A DNA stretch of 64,000 bases from Polyangiales bacterium (GTDB lineage: Bacteria; Myxococcota_A; Polyangia; Polyangiales; Houyiibacteriaceae). The notes under the pieces were generated by a model that was given only the letters and a program-made list of their open reading frames with translations, ran no database searches and was not told the DNA's origin. The stretch lies in contig JBGCFM010000039.1 in the NCBI GenBank assembly GCA_045106895.1, positions 1-64,000 on the forward strand. Direction: 5' to 3'. Position numbers and translations under genes: made by a program. This document shows, one piece after another, positions 60,538 through 64,000 of this stretch (the stretch's first letter is position 1; every line of letters begins with the position of its first letter).

Positions 60538-61821
60538 TCAGCGTTCGCCTTCGACGGCACAGGCCGCGCGGACTTGTTCGTAGACAGCTGGATGGTTCTG
60601 CAGATGGTGGTGCATCACCCCGCCGTAATGGCGCGTGTCGATGGGGAACGCTCGCTCGCTCATCCTTGGGCCGGCCGCGCTTGAGACGCGCACCAGTAGG
60701 TCACCGATGATCTTTCCGACCGGATGTTCCGCATCTTCCGTGACGCTCGCGGAGACGAAATAGTGCGCGGCGTGATCGAGGGGAAGCGCGTCTCGAGCGA
60801 GGGGGTGATGCGTGAGCCATTCTTCGTCCACAATGGCGCCGTTGTAGAGGTCATGAACCCCTGCGCTTCGCGCCTCCAAGATGCGCGAGAGGATCTTCGT
60901 CGCCGGCAAGTCCACGCTCCCCAACGTCTCTGTGAGGGCGTGACCGAGACGGGCGAGGGGCGCCCCCTGGTGCGGTGAGCCAAAGTAGAACACGCGGCGA
61001 AGATGCTTCGTCCACGCCATGCCGTGTTCTTCCGCGTGGTGGCACGCGCTGCTCGACACGAGACCTCCCATGCTGTGACCAAAGATGCTCAGGTCGTCGA
61101 TGGGCTGAGGGTACGCAAGCGTAAGCTCCTCAAGGAGAGCAGCAAAGCTCCGGCCGCTGTCCGACACATGTCGTCCCGTGTTGTACCGGATAAAGATGGG
61201 AGTGAACGCCAAGTCGCGCGCCAGCATCGACGCAAAGGTGGTCTCCGAGTCTCCGTAGTACGCGTCCGCTTCGAGACACCAGGACCACTCGGTGGTTCCG
61301 AGACCGTGAACGAACACCGCGACCTTCGGCGTGGTCTCCACAGAGCTGAGAGCCGCGGCGAGAGCGGCACGGTCCGGCGCCACGTATCGATCGCCGATGC
61401 GCACCGTCATCGCGAGGTCGAGTTCGCTTCCGGAGCGATGAAGATGATCTCCGACGGCGGCATTGAGGAGCCCGAGCGTCGCGTCGCCGACCCACTCTTT
61501 TGTGCCGATGACCGTTGAGCGTAGGGGCACCGGCGCCGCCGCTTCCGCGGTGGCGCCTTGCCCTTGAGGAAACGCCGCCGAGAGACCGAAGTCGCTCACG
61601 CTCTGGATGGAGCGATTCGCCAAGCGGATGGTGCTCAGCACTCCGCTCGTCGACAGACGCCGCAGCTCATCGATGGCCTGTACGGGGCCAGCGAGCGCTT
61701 CGACCTCATCGCTCACGCGGCGCACGGCGCGGGCGCTCGACTCGTTCCCCTCACGAACAAGCTCCAAGGTGGCATCGACGGCGTCGTGCAAGAGAGCTTT
61801 CACACCACGCCAGGTCCGCAT
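60538..61821 (-). CDS. Alpha/beta hydrolase (PGAP1/lipase-like)
   Basis: VHGL, RYNTGRH...SG, GHSMGGL, GSPHQGAPL, GDLLV..SA, H..L.NHP.VY. Confidence 0.9.
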   Translation of the reverse strand: MRTWRGVKALLHDAVDATLELVREGNESSARAVRRVSDEVEALAGPVQAIDELRRLSTSGVLSTIRLANRSIQSVSDFGLSAAFPQGQGATAEAAAPVPLRSTVIGTKEWVGDATLGLLNAAVGDHLHRSGSELDLAMTVRIGDRYVAPDRAALAAALSSVETTPKVAVFVHGLGTTEWSWCLEADAYYGDSETTFASMLARDLAFTPIFIRYNTGRHVSDSGRSFAALLEELTLAYPQPIDDLSIFGHSMGGLVSSSACHHAEEHGMAWTKHLRRVFYFGSPHQGAPLARLGHALTETLGSVDLPATKILSRILEARSAGVHDLYNGAIVDEEWLTHHPLARDALPLDHAAHYFVSASVTEDAEHPVGKIIGDLLVRVSSAAGPRMSERAFPIDTRHYGGVMHHHLQNHPAVYEQVRAACAVEGER

Positions 61822-61927
61822 GAGCAAAGTCTGCCACGAAACCCAGGCTTCGTCGCAGTCTGGCGCCGCGCCGTCAATTTCCGCCAGAACTGTCGCGGGG
61901 CAGCGAGAGACGTGATAGCGATCAGCC

Positions 61928-63019
61928 ATGGAATCGACAGATCTGGTGATCGACCTTGAGGATATCCGCAGCGGCGACCCCGCTCGCTTAGAGAAGGCCG
62001 CCGCGGCGCTTCGCACGGGCTTCGGAGAATACGGACTCATCTACATCAAGAGCCACGGCGTGGACATGGAACGCCTAGGAAAGCTCTACGCTCAGTGGGT
62101 TGAACTCACCGACCGCAGCGCGGAAGAGAAGCAGGCGTGGGCGCGCCCCGATGTCTGGTACCAGCGCGGATGGACGCCGCCGAACACCGAGCAGGCCGTC
62201 GTCGCCGGTGGCCAACCGGATTTCAAGGAGTGCTACTTCGCTGCACCCATGGAGCTCGACGAGCGCGTGAAACTGATGTTCCCGGAGATCTACGCGGACA
62301 ACTCTTGGCCGCAAAATTCCGGTGACTTTGAGGCCGACTATCTGGCCCTCGGACAGCAGGTACATGAGGTGGGGATGACCGTCCTCGAGGCCTGCGCCGG
62401 TGCTCTTGGCTTGCCGACGGAGGTTTTCCGTGACGGCACAAAAGGGGGTCCACATGTCACACGACTCTTGCGCTACCTGCCACTGAGCGAGGAACAGGTC
62501 GGAACCAACATTGTCTGGGGCGAAGAGCACACAGACTTCAACTTGCTCACCCTCCTCCCGGGTGGACAGTTTCAGGACCCCAGCAGCGCGGCGTGCGATC
62601 GCCCGGATCCAGCAAGCGGACTCTACCTGCGAACACGCGAAAACGAAGAACACCCACGCGGACGCAAAGTTCACGGGAAGCCCCCGGCGGGATGCATCGT
62701 GGCGCAGGTCGGGCAGCAGCTCGAAATCCTCACCGGTGGCGTTTACCAAGCGACGCCCCACGTCATCACGCCGCCAAAGCAGGTTGGATACACACGAACG
62801 GCGCTCGCTCACTTCATCCACATGCACTCCGAGCGACGGCTCTTTCCTGAAGATCGCTTCGTCAACGACGAGACCATTCGGAACTACGGTCCGCCGGTCC
62901 TCGCAGGGACCTACGGGCTCAAGACGCTGGTGGACATCGGCCTCGCGCCCAAGGAGGCGCTGAATAAGCTCGGGTACCATCACTATGACCGCCTCGCCGC
63001 TGCCCGCGACGAAAGCTGA
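61928..63019 (+). CDS. 2OG-Fe(II) oxygenase, isopenicillin N synthase family
   Basis: DFKE, RLLRY.P, EHTDFNLLTLL, GQQLEILTGG.Y.ATPHVI, RTA. Confidence 0.9.
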   Translation: MESTDLVIDLEDIRSGDPARLEKAAAALRTGFGEYGLIYIKSHGVDMERLGKLYAQWVELTDRSAEEKQAWARPDVWYQRGWTPPNTEQAVVAGGQPDFKECYFAAPMELDERVKLMFPEIYADNSWPQNSGDFEADYLALGQQVHEVGMTVLEACAGALGLPTEVFRDGTKGGPHVTRLLRYLPLSEEQVGTNIVWGEEHTDFNLLTLLPGGQFQDPSSAACDRPDPASGLYLRTRENEEHPRGRKVHGKPPAGCIVAQVGQQLEILTGGVYQATPHVITPPKQVGYTRTALAHFIHMHSERRLFPEDRFVNDETIRNYGPPVLAGTYGLKTLVDIGLAPKEALNKLGYHHYDRLAAARDES

Positions 63020-63130
63020 GCGACGAAAACCGGGCGCGGGATGTGCATGCTTGTGCCACGCGCAGCCCGGCGTGGCGCGCTTCGCCTTGGCCCGCTTTCG
63101 TTTCCGGCGCGTATCCACGGCATTCGCACT

Positions 63131-63146
63131 CGGCACGCTTCCTGCT
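63131..63146 (+). promoter_or_regulatory. Candidate sigma-54 (-24/-12) promoter
   Basis: CGGCACGCTTCCTGCT: GG-N10-GC spacing with GGCACG. Confidence 0.45.
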
Positions 63147-63159
63147 TTGAATGATCCCT

Positions 63160-63525
63160 ATGAACCGATGCTCAAAGTGCTCTTGCTTCATTCCAGCCCA
63201 GGCGAACGCTTGCCCGGAATGTGATCTCGTCGTCGTCTCTCCCATGCGAAGAGCAGCCAAGGGCATCGCGATGCTCGGCGCCAGCGTCGCAACGGCGATG
63301 ACTCTGATGGCTTGCTACGGCGTTCCCTACGAGCCCATTGAGTGCAATGACGTCGACGGGGACGGATACTGTCCACCGGCAGACTGCGATGACTCCGATT
63401 TTGAGCGTCGACCCGGCGCCATCGACACTCTCGGCGACGGAGTCGACCAGAACTGCGACGGTGTGGACGGAGTGATGAGCGTCATGGACGGTGGCGCCGA
63501 CTCCGGTGCCGACGCCGGAATGTAG
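63160..63525 (+). CDS. Small lipoprotein: Zn-ribbon leader, lipobox Cys-Tyr-Gly, MopE-like metal-binding motif; putative radical-SAM substrate
   Basis: CSKC..CPEC; h-region ending TLMAC-YG; DVDGDGY...DCDD.....PGA.....DGVDQNCDG. Confidence 0.85.
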   Translation: MNRCSKCSCFIPAQANACPECDLVVVSPMRRAAKGIAMLGASVATAMTLMACYGVPYEPIECNDVDGDGYCPPADCDDSDFERRPGAIDTLGDGVDQNCDGVDGVMSVMDGGADSGADAGM

Positions 63526-63537
63526 ACTCCCCAGTCC

Positions 63538-64000
63538 ATGAGTGGAGCCAAGAGCCGTCGCCTCGACGTGATGAAGGAGAGCTTCCACCCGGCATATGTC
63601 GTGTGGGAGCTAACCCTACGCTGCGACCACGCCTGCAAGCACTGCGGCTCGCGCGCGAATGAGGCACGGCCCGACGAGCTCCCCACCGAAGAGGCTCTCG
63701 ATGTTTGCCAACAGCTCGCCGACGCCGGCGCACGTGAAGTCGTCCTCATCGGCGGCGAAGCATATCTTCACGACGGCTTCTACGCGATCGCCCGGAGGCT
63801 CCGCGCCTTGGGCGTTCGCGTCGGCGTGACCTCCGGCGGACTCGGCATCGACGAAGAGCGGGCGCAGGCGATGGCCGAGGCCGGCGTGATGCAATGCAGC
63901 ATCAGCGTGGATGGCGTCGCCGGGAGCCACGACCGTATCCGTGCAAAGAGCGGAAGCCACCGGTCCGCCCTCTCCGCGTTGCACCACCTGAAGTCCGCGG
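63538..64000 (+). CDS. Radical SAM enzyme, PlpX/TIGR03913 splicease-like (partial, runs off window)
   Basis: Manual translation: MSGAKSRRLDVMKESFHPAYVVWELTLRCDHACKHCGSRA..RPDEL.TEEAL...EVVLIGGEAYL...SISVDG...HDRIR; CxxxCxxC motif. Confidence 0.88.
   Translation, partial: MSGAKSRRLDVMKESFHPAYVVWELTLRCDHACKHCGSRANEARPDELPTEEALDVCQQLADAGAREVVLIGGEAYLHDGFYAIARRLRALGVRVGVTSGGLGIDEERAQAMAEAGVMQCSISVDGVAGSHDRIRAKSGSHRSALSALHHLKSA

Noticed and set aside
63043..63058. Minus-strand TGGCACAAGCATGCA as a sigma-54 promoter
   Set aside because: GG-GC spacing is 9 nt rather than 10, and it points into the 3' end of a gene.

Overview
GC-rich, gene-dense chromosomal window. The gene content points to a myxobacterium, probably Polyangiales-like (inferred from three Hanks-type Ser/Thr kinases, many lipoproteins with Asp-Ala-Gly linkers, a TraB-like OmpA/TSP3 protein, and RCC1 and Cys-rich surface proteins). 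It has about 54 CDSs: housekeeping genes (moaB, queD, dksA, pit + DUF47, pruA, kbl-tdh, two POT transporters, HtrA), signalling genes and many uncharacterised envelope proteins. I saw no rRNA, tRNA, CRISPR array, prophage or transposase. Most notable: (1) at the right edge, a radical-SAM enzyme absent from the ORF track that resembles the PlpX/TIGR03913 splicease family, directly downstream of a small Zn-ribbon lipoprotein whose lipobox Cys is followed by Tyr-Gly; (2) an ECF-sigma-like module fused to a membrane Ser/Thr kinase; (3) a translationally coupled operon of response regulator, OM barrel, FecR lipoprotein, hybrid kinase and RCC1 lipoprotein; (4) a DUF455 diiron protein paired with an ATP-grasp-like protein; (5) two different CTAG-bounded 166-bp MITE-like rod hairpins; (6) a one-Cys, probably Zn-independent DksA. 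All family calls are by-eye motif recognition; no database searches were run.
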